A stretch of 61,382 nt of DNA, filler included. It is 5 parts of 5 records of this genome, joined end to end, with 100 filler letters (N's around TTAATTAATTAA, not from the genome) between each part and the next. Parts side by side here need not be neighbours in the genome. Positions count along the whole stretch, not along the records: positions 1 to 9,004 come from DRR723986_9089; positions 9,105 to 28,048 come from DRR723986_9101; 3 more parts are not named here. One strand, 5' to 3'. Below the pieces are notes generated by a model. That model saw only the letters and a program-made list of their open reading frames with translations. It was not told where the DNA came from and searched no databases. A program made the translations under genes and the position numbers. Positions 1 to 9,673 of this stretch are shown one piece after another; within the stretch, counting starts at the first letter, position 1, and every line of letters starts with the position of its first letter.

Positions 1-29
1 CGGAGGTTCGAATCCTCTCACTCCGACCA
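1..29 (+). tRNA. tRNA-Pro, 3' part only (T-arm and acceptor strand), truncated by the window start
   Basis: GGAGGTTCGAATCCTCT T-arm followed by CACTCCG-A-CCA. G72/A73 and this T-arm match bacterial tRNA-Pro. The anticodon is not visible. Confidence 0.8.
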
Positions 30-108
30 TGATCCCCACATCATCGGCACCGGACCGTTCGGGCGGACAAGGCTGGATGCCCCTTGCGCGGCGCATCCCG
101 GCGCGGCG

Positions 109-1611
109 TCACTCGGCCGCCACGTCCCCCTTGGCACCAAGGCTTTCGTCGAATCCCGCCATCTGATCCTCGGCCCAGAAGCGCACGTCCTGCCGGGCGA
201 CGATCTCGCGATTCTCGGCCATGCGACCGCGCCGCTCTTCCTCGGGCAGGTCGAGCGCGAACAGCAACGCGCTGTCCATCGACTTGTGCGAGAAGGGATT
301 CGTGGGAACCGCCGCGCCCAGCTCGACCGCCGCCCCGGCGAATTCCGACAGAACCAGCACGCCGTCGCCATCGGTGCGGGCCGCGCAGTATTCCTTGCAG
401 ACGAGGTTCATCCCGTCCGCCAGAGGCGTGATCCATGCGACCTCGGCGGCGCGGTAGTAGGCCACGAGGTCCTTGAAGGGAACGGGACGCGAGATCAGGG
501 CCACGGGCTGCCATTCGAAGGTGCCGTATCGCCCGTTGATGCGCCCGGCGATGGCCTCCAGCGCCTCCTGGATCTCGACATAGGCGGTCATGTTCGCGTT
601 GGCGGCGACCGAGACGTGCATCAGGCGCACCGTGCCGCGCAGATCGGGGCGCGATTCGAGGATGCGCTCGAAGCTTTCGAGCTGTTCGATCCCGCCCTTG
701 GTGTAATCGGTCCGCCCGACCGAGAGGATCAGCTTGGCCTCGCCCTTCTCGGCGCGGATCGCCTTCACGCGGGTCTCGGTCTCTTCGCTGGTGGCCAGTG
801 TCTCGATATAGCCCACGTCGACGCCCACCGGGCTGGCCAAGAGGCGAACCGTCCGGCCCTGATAGCCAAGGTCCGTGACCACCGATTGCTCGGACAGGGC
901 AGAGGTCTCCGTCGTCATCTCGGGCTTCACCTTCTGGCGCTTGAGGGTGTCCACCTCCAGCAGGGACCGCGCGGCGGAGACGAAGTTGTTCACGTAGCGC
1001 GGGATGTGGAAGCCCACGACATCGCAGCACAGCAGCGATTCGAGGATTTCCTTGCGCCACGGCAGCACGTTGAAGATGTCGGCGCCCGGGAAGGGCGTGT
1101 GGTGGAAGAAGCTGATCTTCACGTCGGGCCGCAGGGTGCGCAGGTAGCCCGGCACCAGCCACAGGTTGTAGTCGTGGACCCAGACCACCGCGCCCTGCGC
1201 GGCCTCGGCGGCGGCGGCCTCGGCGAAGGCCCAGTTCACCTCGCGGAAGGTCGGCCAGTCGACGGGGTCGTAATTGTAGCGCTCCTTGAAGCCGTGCAGG
1301 ATCGGCCAGAAGGCCTCTTTCGACGAGACGTGATAGAAGCTGCTCACCTGCTCCTTGGTCAGCGGCAGGCGCGAAACGGTGTAGGTGCCGTGCTGGTCGT
1401 CGATCTCGATCACGCGCTCGAAGCCCGGATTGGCCGGGTCGGCGGCCTCTTTCCACGCCACCCAGGCGCCCTTGTCGACGCGGCCGAAGAAGCTTTTGAG
1501 CGTCGGCACGATGCCGTTGGGGCTTTTGTTCTCGCGGTATTCCGTTTTGCCGTTCACCTCCACCTCTTCGTAGGGCTGGCGGTGATAGACGATGACGAGA
1601 TCGGACGGCAT
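109..1611 (-). CDS. ggpS: Glucosylglycerol-phosphate synthase (GT20 family)
   Basis: N-terminus 'LVIVYHRQPYEE...KSPNGIVPTLKSFF' is typical of GgpS rather than OtsA. GT20 motifs WVHDYNLWLVP, FFHHTPFP, GRTDYTKG, DGMNLVCKEY, LSEFAGAA. Start moved to MPSDL (1611), downstream of AAAGGAG. Confidence 0.9.
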   Translation of the reverse strand: MPSDLVIVYHRQPYEEVEVNGKTEYRENKSPNGIVPTLKSFFGRVDKGAWVAWKEAADPANPGFERVIEIDDQHGTYTVSRLPLTKEQVSSFYHVSSKEAFWPILHGFKERYNYDPVDWPTFREVNWAFAEAAAAEAAQGAVVWVHDYNLWLVPGYLRTLRPDVKISFFHHTPFPGADIFNVLPWRKEILESLLCCDVVGFHIPRYVNNFVSAARSLLEVDTLKRQKVKPEMTTETSALSEQSVVTDLGYQGRTVRLLASPVGVDVGYIETLATSEETETRVKAIRAEKGEAKLILSVGRTDYTKGGIEQLESFERILESRPDLRGTVRLMHVSVAANANMTAYVEIQEALEAIAGRINGRYGTFEWQPVALISRPVPFKDLVAYYRAAEVAWITPLADGMNLVCKEYCAARTDGDGVLVLSEFAGAAVELGAAVPTNPFSHKSMDSALLFALDLPEEERRGRMAENREIVARQDVRFWAEDQMAGFDESLGAKGDVAAE

Positions 1612-1615
1612 GGGA

Positions 1616-2398
1616 TCAGGCTCCTTTCGGGATGTCGTGAAGGTCGAGGGCGTCGATGGCCTCCAAGATGCCGGCGGCCCCATGGGCCTCGGCGCGGTAG
1701 ACGGTGCTGCACTCGGCCAGTTCGGCGACCAGCGCCGGTTCGGAATTGCCCACCGCGACGGCGGGCAGGCCGGACACCAGCATCGACAGGTCGTTCAACG
1801 TGTCCCCGGCGCAAAGCACGCGCGCCTCGGGGATGTTCAGGTGCTGCACGAGACGGCGGATCGACGGACCCTTGGACACCCCCTTGGGCAGCACGTCGAA
1901 GTAGCGGTTGTCCGAGATCAGCCAGTCGTGGCCCAGTTCGGCCACGAGATCCTTGGCGGTCGGATCGAAGGCTTCGGCATCGAGGTCGTAGCTGACGCGG
2001 TAGCGGAAGGCGGTCGGTTGAAGCGACAGCCCGGGGTGCCCGTCCAGAACGGCGCGGACATGCGGCCCGGCTTCGCCCCAAAGCGCGGCGATGTCCTCTT
2101 CCAGCGCCGGGATCGGGTCGACATGGCCATCGGCGCGCACCTCGGCGATGGTGGTGCCCACGTCGCCCACCACGTATTCCGGCCAGGGCAGGCCCTCTTC
2201 GCGGCACATCTGCATGATGAACCCGGGGTCGCGCCCGGTGACGAAGATCAGCCCGATGCTGTCGCGGTTCCCCTCGATCCAGCGGTACAGCCGGTCGCGG
2301 TCGGCCTCGGAGCCGCCAAGGAAGGTCCCGTCGAGATCGGTGGCCAGCGTAAAGCGGCGGTCGGCGATGGCGGGGCGCGGCGTGCTGTGGACGGTCAT
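1616..2398 (-). CDS. HAD-IIB (sucrose-phosphatase-like) phosphatase, probable glucosylglycerol-phosphate phosphatase
   Basis: Motifs ATDLDGT, VTGR, DVLPKGVSKG, AGDTLND. ATGA overlap with gpsA and 4 bp upstream of ggpS. Substrate is inferred from context. Confidence 0.8.
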   Translation of the reverse strand: MTVHSTPRPAIADRRFTLATDLDGTFLGGSEADRDRLYRWIEGNRDSIGLIFVTGRDPGFIMQMCREEGLPWPEYVVGDVGTTIAEVRADGHVDPIPALEEDIAALWGEAGPHVRAVLDGHPGLSLQPTAFRYRVSYDLDAEAFDPTAKDLVAELGHDWLISDNRYFDVLPKGVSKGPSIRRLVQHLNIPEARVLCAGDTLNDLSMLVSGLPAVAVGNSEPALVAELAECSTVYRAEAHGAAGILEAIDALDLHDIPKGA

Positions 2399-3528
2399 CG
2401 GCTTTCTCCGAACTGAAGCGGCATGTTGGGGGAGGGGTGCGCTAGCGAGAGGTCGAGCGCATAGGGCTCTGCCTCGATGGGGCGCGCCCAAAGGGCAGTG
2501 AAGGCCTCGCGCAGGTCGGCGCCCTTATGCAACACCGCGTTCACGGTCTCGCAGATCGGCATGGGCACGCGGATGCGATGGGCCAGATCGGTGACGGAGA
2601 TGGCGTTGACCTCGCCCTCGACCACCACGGGGCGCCCGTCGAAGCAGGAGGGGCGCGGCGTCCCCTGCCCCAGTTGATGCCCCAGCGACATGTTGCGCGA
2701 GGTGGTGGAGGAGCAGGTCAGCGTCAGGTCGCCCGCGCCGGACAGGCCGGTGACCGTCTCGCGGCGCCCGCCCAGCGCCTGCGCCAGCAGCTTCATCTCG
2801 TCCGTGCCCCGGGTGATGAGCGCGGCGCGGGTGTTCTCGGCAAAGCCCGCGCCCGACATCATCCCGCAGGCGATGGCGATGACGTTCTTGACCGCGCCGC
2901 CCACCTCGACGCCCACGAGGTCGTCCGAGACATAGGGGCGGAAGCCGCCGCCCGAGAGCGACAGGGCCAACCGCGCGGCGGGGCTTCGTTCCGGGTTCAG
3001 GCGGTCTTCGTAGGAAAAGGGAAAGGCCACGGTCGCGGCGGTCGGGTGGTCCAGCGCCGCCTCGCGCGCGAAGGTCGGGCCCGACACGGCGCCGACCGGG
3101 TGGCCGGGCAGTTCATCCGCGACGACTTCGGACAGCAGGTAGCCGGTGCGCCGCTCGACGCCCTTACAGGCCAGCGCGATGGGGACGCCCGCGGGGATGT
3201 GGTCACGCATCGCCTGACACATCTGCCGCAGGGTCGAGGAGGGCGTGACCATCAGCACCGCCTGCGCGCCTGCCAGCGCGGCTGAAAGGTCTCCGGTCGC
3301 GGCAAGGCCGGCGGGCAGGGGGATGTCGGGCAGGTAGTCGGGGTTCTCGCGCGTGGCGTTGATCGCCTCGGCAAGGTCGGCGCGGCGAGCCCAGAGGCGG
3401 ACATCATGGCCGTTGCGCGCAAGGATGCAAGCCAGCGCGGTGCCCCAACTGCCCGCGCCCAGAACGGCGATGCGCGCGTAGGGGCTGGATGGATCGGGCA
3501 TTGCGGAATCCGGGGCGGAATCCTTCAT
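2395..3528 (-). CDS. gpsA: NAD(P)H-dependent glycerol-3-phosphate dehydrogenase
   Basis: GAGSWGTALA, CKG, SGPTFA, GGAVKNVIAIACG, GLSGAGDLTLTC, SRN. Start MKDS (3528) has GAAAGGAG upstream. Confidence 0.92.
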   Translation of the reverse strand: MKDSAPDSAMPDPSSPYARIAVLGAGSWGTALACILARNGHDVRLWARRADLAEAINATRENPDYLPDIPLPAGLAATGDLSAALAGAQAVLMVTPSSTLRQMCQAMRDHIPAGVPIALACKGVERRTGYLLSEVVADELPGHPVGAVSGPTFAREAALDHPTAATVAFPFSYEDRLNPERSPAARLALSLSGGGFRPYVSDDLVGVEVGGAVKNVIAIACGMMSGAGFAENTRAALITRGTDEMKLLAQALGGRRETVTGLSGAGDLTLTCSSTTSRNMSLGHQLGQGTPRPSCFDGRPVVVEGEVNAISVTDLAHRIRVPMPICETVNAVLHKGADLREAFTALWARPIEAEPYALDLSLAHPSPNMPLQFGESR

Positions 3529-3700
3529 GGGCAGAGCTCCTTTCGGGGGCTCGGGACGGGATGCTTTGACGAATGACGCGCGCCCCGTCGGAAGGTTCCG
3601 ACCCGTGATCGGGGCATGGGCGCGACTGGCGCCCGGCGCGGCGAGGGCCCGGGGCCGTGTCTTGCCCCGAGGCGGGTCAGTGCGTCTGACCCATGACGAA

Positions 3701-3728
3701 AGGGTAAGGCCGCCGCCCCGAGGGTCAA
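3701..3728 (-). promoter_or_regulatory. Candidate sigma70-type promoter for gpsA-HAD-ggpS
   Basis: Minus strand TTGACC-16 nt-TACCCT, about 170 bp upstream of the gpsA start. Confidence 0.35.
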
Positions 3729-3836
3729 GGAAAAAATGCCGCAGCGCAGCGAAGCCCTTGACCGGACCGGCCTTTTCGCCTGCCGGAACGGGTGTTAGGG
3801 ATAACACGGTCGACGGGCGGCGCGGAGGAAACGGGC

Positions 3837-5288
3837 ATGAGTTATCTGGGGCTGGATCTTGGCACCTCGGGCCTGCGCGCGCTGCTGACCGACGAACGCG
3901 GTGCGCCTCTGGCCTCTGTCGAGCGGCATTACGGCGTCGCCCATCCGCACCCCGGCTGGTCCGAACAGGACCCCGCCGCATGGATCGCGGCGCTGGAAGG
4001 CGCGATCGACGAGCTGCGCGCCACCCAGCCCGCCTTTTCGGGACTGCGCGGGATCGGCGTGGCGGGCCACATGCACGGCGCCACGCTGCTGGATGCCTCG
4101 GACACGGTGCTGCGGCCCTGCATCCTGTGGAACGACACCCGGTCCTACGCAGAGGCGGCGGCGCTGGACGGCGCGCCCGGCGTACGCGACCTGTCGGGAA
4201 ATATCGTCTTTCCGGGCTTCACCGCGCCCAAACTGGCCTGGGTGGCGAAGCACGAGCCCGAGATCTTCGGGCGTGTCGCCAAGGTGCTGCTGCCCGCCGC
4301 CTATCTGAACTTCTACCTCACCGGCACCCATGTGGCGGATCTGTCCGACAGCGCCGGCACCGCTTGGCTGGACACCGGCGCGCGGAACTGGTCCGACGCG
4401 CTGCTGGATGCGGGCGGGATGCACCGCGCGCAGATGCCCCGGCTGGTCGAAGGCTCCGAGGCCGCCGGCCCCCTGCGCGAGACGCTGCGCCGCAACTGGG
4501 GGATCGACGGCCCCGTCACCGTGGCGGGCGGCGCGGGCGACAATGCTGCCGCCGCCTGCGGGATCGGCGCACTGCGCGAGGGGCAGGGCTTCGTCTCTCT
4601 CGGCACCTCGGGCGTACTGCTGGCGGCGCGCGACGGCTATGCGCCCGACCCGGCCAGCGCCGTCCACACCTTCTGCCACGCGGTGCCGGGGCGCTGGTAC
4701 CAGATGGGCGTCATGCTGTCGGCCACCGACAGCCTCAACTGGCTTTCCGCGATCACCGGCGCCACGCCTGCCGAGCTGACCGCGCCCCTTGGCGACGAGG
4801 TCGTGGCCCCCGGCGACGTGCGCTTCCTGCCCTACCTCAGCGGAGAGCGCACGCCCCACAATGACGCCGCCATCCGGGGCAGCTTTACCGGCCTCGGCTC
4901 CGGCACCACGCGCGACGACCTGACCCGCGCCGTGCTGGAGGGCGTGGCCTTCGGCCTGCGCGATTCGCTCGACGCGCTCAGGGGCACGGGCGCGCGGTTC
5001 GACACCTTGTTTGCCATCGGCGGTGGCGCGCGGTCGCGGTACTGGCTGAAGCTCATCGCCAGCACCTTCGGCCTGCCGCTGCACCTGCCGCAGGATGGAG
5101 AGTTCGGCGCCGCGCTGGGGGCCGCTCGGCTGGCGCGTTGTGCCGAGACCGGCGCCGCGCCCGAGGACGTCATGACCGCCCCCGCCGTGGCCACCCGGAT
5201 CGACCCCGATCCCGCGCTGCAAGAGGCCTGCGCAGCGGCATACGAGCGCTTTCGCGCAGCCTATCCCGCGATCCGGGCGATCCAGTAA
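3837..5288 (+). CDS. xylB: Xylulokinase (FGGY family)
   Basis: YLGLDLGTSG, WSEQDP, GHMHG, ILWNDTR, GFTAPKL, GDNAAAA, SLGTSG, LPYLSGERTPHND. GGAGG upstream of ATG 3837. Confidence 0.92.
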   Translation: MSYLGLDLGTSGLRALLTDERGAPLASVERHYGVAHPHPGWSEQDPAAWIAALEGAIDELRATQPAFSGLRGIGVAGHMHGATLLDASDTVLRPCILWNDTRSYAEAAALDGAPGVRDLSGNIVFPGFTAPKLAWVAKHEPEIFGRVAKVLLPAAYLNFYLTGTHVADLSDSAGTAWLDTGARNWSDALLDAGGMHRAQMPRLVEGSEAAGPLRETLRRNWGIDGPVTVAGGAGDNAAAACGIGALREGQGFVSLGTSGVLLAARDGYAPDPASAVHTFCHAVPGRWYQMGVMLSATDSLNWLSAITGATPAELTAPLGDEVVAPGDVRFLPYLSGERTPHNDAAIRGSFTGLGSGTTRDDLTRAVLEGVAFGLRDSLDALRGTGARFDTLFAIGGGARSRYWLKLIASTFGLPLHLPQDGEFGAALGAARLARCAETGAAPEDVMTAPAVATRIDPDPALQEACAAAYERFRAAYPAIRAIQ

Positions 5289-5300
5289 GGCGGGCGGACG

Positions 5301-6110
5301 GTGCGACTGGTCATCCACGCAGGCTTTCACAAGACCGGGACGACCAGCGTCCAGAAGACCCTGCACGACAACGCTGCCCTGTTGGCGCCGCATCTGCGGA
5401 TGCTGCTGCGCGACGATGTGGAGCGGTTGATCGACCGGGCGCGCGGCTACGCGCTCTGGCCCCGCCCGCGTCGCCGCCAAAGCGTTTACGATGCCGCCGC
5501 GGCTCTGTTCGGCGACCTCGCCGGGGAAACGCGCCCGGTGCTGATCTCTGCCGAGGACCTTTCGGGCTACATGCCCGGGCGGCGCGGGGTGAAGGATTAC
5601 GGCGCGGTGCCCGTCATCGTGGCAGAGATCGAACGCGCCGCCGAAGCGGCCTTCGGCGAGGCCCTGTCGCTGACGGTCTTCTTCTCCACCCGCATGCCGC
5701 GCGCATGGCTGGAAAGTCTGTGGTGGCAGAACCTGCGCACCACGCGGCTGGACGTGGACCTGAAGAAATACCGGCGGCAGAACGAGGCCGTGGCCGATCT
5801 GGATGCCGTGGCCTTGGCCACCGCCGCCGGGCTGCGGCGCGCGACGGTCGAGGCGGTCTCTCTCGACATCACGCGCACCCTGCCCGAGGGACCGATGACG
5901 CCCCTGCTGGAACTGATCGACCTGCCCCGGGCGGTGCGGGCCGCGATGATCTACGGTCCGCCCGCCAATGTCCGCCCCGACGCAGGGCTGGAACCGATAT
6001 TTCTGGAGTTGAACCGGTCGGGTCTCTCCGATGACCTTGTGACCCGGACCAAAGCCATGCTGCTGCGCGAAGCGCGCCTCGAAAGCGGTAGAGAAGAGGA
6101 CGACACATGA
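5301..6110 (+). CDS. Hypothetical protein, sulfotransferase-like (P-loop) family
   Basis: N-terminal HAGFHKTGTTSVQ and LISAED motifs. GTG start; overlaps the dgoK start. Confidence 0.6.
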   Translation: MRLVIHAGFHKTGTTSVQKTLHDNAALLAPHLRMLLRDDVERLIDRARGYALWPRPRRRQSVYDAAAALFGDLAGETRPVLISAEDLSGYMPGRRGVKDYGAVPVIVAEIERAAEAAFGEALSLTVFFSTRMPRAWLESLWWQNLRTTRLDVDLKKYRRQNEAVADLDAVALATAAGLRRATVEAVSLDITRTLPEGPMTPLLELIDLPRAVRAAMIYGPPANVRPDAGLEPIFLELNRSGLSDDLVTRTKAMLLREARLESGREEDDT

Positions 6111-7012
6111 CGGTTGAGACGCCGGTGGCCTGGATTGCCGCCGATTGGGGGACCTCGCACCTGCGGGTCTGGCTGATGGACGCGGAGGACCGGGTGATCC
6201 GCCGCCTGACCTCCGACAAGGGCATGGGCGGGCTGGCCCCCGACGCCTTCGAGCCGGCGCTGCTGGACCTCGTCGGCGACGCCCTGGGCGAGGGTGTGAC
6301 GGACGTGCTGATCTGCGGCATGGCGGGCGCGCGGCAGGGCTGGGCCGAGGTGCCCTATGCCAAGGTGCCCTGCCCCGCGCCCACCGCCGCCATGACCATC
6401 CTGACCGCCGACCCGCGCCTGTCGGTGCGCATCCTGCCGGGTCTGTCGCAGGCGCAACCGCCCGACGTGATGCGCGGCGAGGAAACGCAGATCGGCGGCT
6501 TCCTCGCGCAGGAGCCGGGCTTCGACGGGGTGCTCTGCCTGCCCGGGACGCATTGCAAATGGGCGCATGTCAGCGCCTCCGAGATCGTCTCCTTCCGCAC
6601 CTTCATGACCGGCGAGGTCTTCGCCCTGCTGACGAAACACTCGGTCCTGCGCCATTCCACCGGCGGCGACGGCTGGGATCAGGCGGCCTTCGACGAGGCC
6701 GTGTCGGACGCGCTGTCCAAGCCCGGGCGGCTGTTGTCCGACCTCTTCACCCTGCGCGCCGACGGGCTGCTGAACGGCACCGGCGCGGGGGTGTCGCGGG
6801 CGCGGCTCTCGGGCCTGCTGATCGGCGCGGAACTGGCGGCGGCGCGGCCCTACTGGCTGGGGCAGCCGGTGGTGATCCTCGGAGAGGATGCGCTGGCCCG
6901 GACCTACCTCGCGGGGCTGACCGCACAGGGCGCGGAGGCGCGCACCGTCGCCACCGAAGAGATCACGCTTGCGGGGCTGAAGGCCGCGCGCACCGGAAAG
7001 GACAAGACATGA
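6107..7012 (+). CDS. dgoK: 2-dehydro-3-deoxygalactonokinase
   Basis: [48 protein letters not shown]. Confidence 0.93.
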   Translation: MTVETPVAWIAADWGTSHLRVWLMDAEDRVIRRLTSDKGMGGLAPDAFEPALLDLVGDALGEGVTDVLICGMAGARQGWAEVPYAKVPCPAPTAAMTILTADPRLSVRILPGLSQAQPPDVMRGEETQIGGFLAQEPGFDGVLCLPGTHCKWAHVSASEIVSFRTFMTGEVFALLTKHSVLRHSTGGDGWDQAAFDEAVSDALSKPGRLLSDLFTLRADGLLNGTGAGVSRARLSGLLIGAELAAARPYWLGQPVVILGEDALARTYLAGLTAQGAEARTVATEEITLAGLKAARTGKDKT

Positions 7013-7614
7013 CACGGGACATCATCGCCATCCTGCGCGGGCTGACGCCCGACGAGGCAGAGCCCATGGCCGAGGCGCTGATCGCCGCCGGCATCACCCG
7101 GATCGAGGTGCCGCTGAACTCTCCGCAGCCCTTCGACAGCATCGCGCGGATGGTCGCGGTCGCGGGCACCGATGCGGTGATCGGCGCGGGCACGGTGCTC
7201 GACCCGGCGGACGTGCTGCGGCTGGCGCAGATCGGCGCGAAGATGGTCGTCTCGCCCGATTGCAACCCGCGCGTGATCGTCGCCACCAAGGGCGCGGGCC
7301 TGCTGTCCTACCCCGGCGTCTTCACCGCCACAGAGGCCTTCACCGCGCTGCGCAACGGCGCCGACGGGCTGAAGTTCTTTCCGGCCTTCAAGCTGGGGCT
7401 GGACGGGTTCTCGGCGCTGAAGGCGGTGCTGCCCGCCGAGGCGCCGACCTATGCGGTGGGCGGCGTCGGGCCGGAAAACTTCGCCGACTGGCGCAAGGCC
7501 GGGATTACCGGCTTCGGCATCGGGTCGAACCTCTACAAGCCGGGCCGCTCGATCGGGGAGGTCGCCACGCGGACGGCCGAGATGGTTGCGGCCTACGACG
7601 CCGCCTTCGGCTGA
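7009..7614 (+). CDS. dgoA: 2-dehydro-3-deoxy-6-phosphogalactonate aldolase
   Basis: [36 protein letters not shown] overlap with dgoK. Confidence 0.92.
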   Translation: MTRDIIAILRGLTPDEAEPMAEALIAAGITRIEVPLNSPQPFDSIARMVAVAGTDAVIGAGTVLDPADVLRLAQIGAKMVVSPDCNPRVIVATKGAGLLSYPGVFTATEAFTALRNGADGLKFFPAFKLGLDGFSALKAVLPAEAPTYAVGGVGPENFADWRKAGITGFGIGSNLYKPGRSIGEVATRTAEMVAAYDAAFG

Positions 7615-7622
7615 GGCTTGAC

Positions 7623-7669
7623 CCCTTTGCATACGGCTTGCATTCTGAATGCAGGCCGTATGCAGGGGG
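7623..7669. repeat. Long near-perfect inverted repeat between dgoA and gntR
   Basis: TGCATACGGCTTGCATTC-T-GAATGCAGGCCGTATGCA (17 of 18 positions pair), extendable by CCCTT/GGGGG. Confidence 0.85.
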
Positions 7670-7673
7670 AGCC

Positions 7674-8354
7674 ATGGACCGCAAGACAGAAGCCCACGAG
7701 GCCTTGAAGGCGCGTATCCTGACGCAGGCGCTGCTGCCCGGCGCCGATCTGGACGAAACGCGGCTGGCGCAGGAGTTCGGCCTGTCCCGCACGCCCCTGC
7801 GCGAAGTGCTGCAAGCGCTCGCCGCCGAAGGCTACGCGACCGCGCAGAAGCATCGCGGCGCCCGCGTCGCGGGCATGGAGGCGGCGGCGCTGCGCGCCTT
7901 CTTCCAGACCGCACCGGGGATCCTCGTGACCGTGGCGCGGCTGGCCAGCACCGAGGGCACGGCCGAGCAGGCCACCCGCCTGCACGGCGCCCTGTCGGCG
8001 ATCGGAGAGGCCACCGAAAGCGACGATGCCTCTGCGGCGGCGCTGGCCACCCATGCGCTGCTGCACCGGATCGCAGAGATGGCGGCGAACCCCTACCTGC
8101 GCCCCGCGCTGAACCGCGTGGCGATCGACTACACCCGGCTGTCGGCCCCGGTCTTCGAGACCTCGGGCAAGAAGGACCGCAAGCAGCTGCGCAAGCTGTT
8201 GACGCAGAAAGAGGTTCTGGTTCAGGCGATCACCGCGCAAGAGCCGGAGCAGGCGGCAGAAGCGATGCGCGCACTTTGGCAGATGGCGCAGGCCCGCATG
8301 ATGGCCCGCCTGCAACCGGAGCCGCTGCCCGAAGAGCCGCTGGCCGAGGCCTAG
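7674..8354 (+). CDS. GntR family transcriptional regulator (FCD C-terminal domain)
   Basis: wHTH 'LLPGADLDETRLAQEFGLSRTPLREVLQALAAEG...RGARV'. ATG 7674 follows GGGGGAG. Confidence 0.88.
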   Translation: MDRKTEAHEALKARILTQALLPGADLDETRLAQEFGLSRTPLREVLQALAAEGYATAQKHRGARVAGMEAAALRAFFQTAPGILVTVARLASTEGTAEQATRLHGALSAIGEATESDDASAAALATHALLHRIAEMAANPYLRPALNRVAIDYTRLSAPVFETSGKKDRKQLRKLLTQKEVLVQAITAQEPEQAAEAMRALWQMAQARMMARLQPEPLPEEPLAEA

Positions 8355-8400
8355 GGCCGCAACGCGGGGCGGACCGGGTTACGGCCCGCGCCAGAGGGCC

Positions 8401-9004
8401 TTAGAGCCCGGCCTCTTGCGCGATCTGGGCGCGCGACTTGCGGGCGCGTTCGGTTGCGGACTTCAACTGACCGCAGGCGGCCATGATGTCCTCGCCCCGG
8501 GGCGTGCGGATCGGCGAGGCGTAGCCCGCCTTGTGCACGATATCGGCAAAACGCTCGATCCGCTCCCAGTCCGAACGCTGATAGGGTGCGCCGGGCCATT
8601 CGTTGAAGGGGATCAGGTTGATCTTGGCCGGAATGCCCTGGATCAGCTTGACCAACCGCCGCGCGTCGGCGTCGGTGTCGTTCACGTCCTTGAGCATCAC
8701 GTACTCGAAGGTGATCCGCTCGGAGTTCGACAGGCGCGGGTATTCGCGCAGGGCGTTCAGCAGGGTCTCGATGTTCCAGCGCTTGTTGATCGGCACCAAC
8801 TTGTCGCGCACCTCGTCCGTGGTGGCGTGGAAGCTGACCGCCATCAGGCAGCCGATTTCCTCGGCACATTTCGCGATCTCGGGCACGACGCCGGAGGTCG
8901 AGAGCGTGATGCGGCGGCGCGACAGGGCAATGCCCTCGCCGTCCATGGCGATCTTCATCGCGTCGCGCACGTTGTCGAAGTTGTAGAGCGGCTCGCCCAT
9001 GCCC
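8401..9004 (-). CDS. rlmN: Dual-specificity RNA methyltransferase RlmN, 5' truncated
   Basis: [37 protein letters not shown]. Confidence 0.93.
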
Positions 9005-9104
9005 NNNNNNNNNNNNNNNNNNNNNNNNNNNNNNNNNNNNNNNNNNNNTTAATTAATTAANNNNNNNNNNNNNNNNNNNNNNNNNNNNNNNNNNNNNNNN
9101 NNNN
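9005..9104. other. Artificial contig spacer
   Basis: 44 N + TTAATTAATTAA (stops in all six frames) + 44 N. Confidence 0.98.
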
Positions 9105-9658
9105 GCGGTATCACGGCTGTCGGCCAGGAAGCGATAAGCTTGCAACAGACCAGACGGACCGATGAACTTGTCCGGATTCCACCAGAAAGACGGGCAAGCG
9201 GTAGAGCAGCAGGCACAGAGAATACACTCGTACAGGCCGTCCAGCTTCTCACGATCTTCCGGAGACTGCAGACGCTCGATGGCTGGCGCGGGGTTGTCAT
9301 TCACAAGGTACGGCATCACTTTTTCGTACTGCTTGTAGAACAGGCCCATATCAACCACCAAATCACGAATGACCGGAAGACCAGGCAGCGGGCGCAAAAC
9401 CAGCTTGTTGTTCTTGACCACATCGGAAACCGGTGTGATGCAAGCCAGGCCGTTCTTGCCATTCATGTTCATACCATCTGAGCCGCAAACGCCCTCACGA
9501 CAGGAACGGCGAAATGCGACAGTCGGGTCCTTTTCCTTGGCCAGCGCCAAAACATCCAGAACCATCAGATCTTTGCCTTCCGGCAACTCAATCTCAACGT
9601 CCTGCATGTAAGGGGCGTTGTCAGTTTCCGGGTTATAACGGTACAGACTTACCAACAT
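9105..9658 (-). CDS. sdhB: Succinate dehydrogenase iron-sulfur subunit, 3' truncated
   Basis: FRRSCREGVCGSDG, CILCACCSTACP. Confidence 0.96.
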
Positions 9659-9673
9659 TTTCAGGATACCCCC

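Noticed and set aside
1-29. tRNA 3' fragments (also 28019-28048) as prophage or ICE att sites
   Set aside because: Both sit exactly at contig or window ends and no integrase is adjacent. Truncation explains them.
18-9060. Many long alternative-frame and antisense ORFs (e.g. 286-1995 +, 3795-5480 -, 41-1456 -)
   Set aside because: Arg/Pro/Ala-rich shadows of real genes, expected in very GC-rich DNA; no motifs.
9049-9060. TTAATTAATTAA repeated four times in the window
   Set aside because: Synthetic six-frame stop linker inside N runs.
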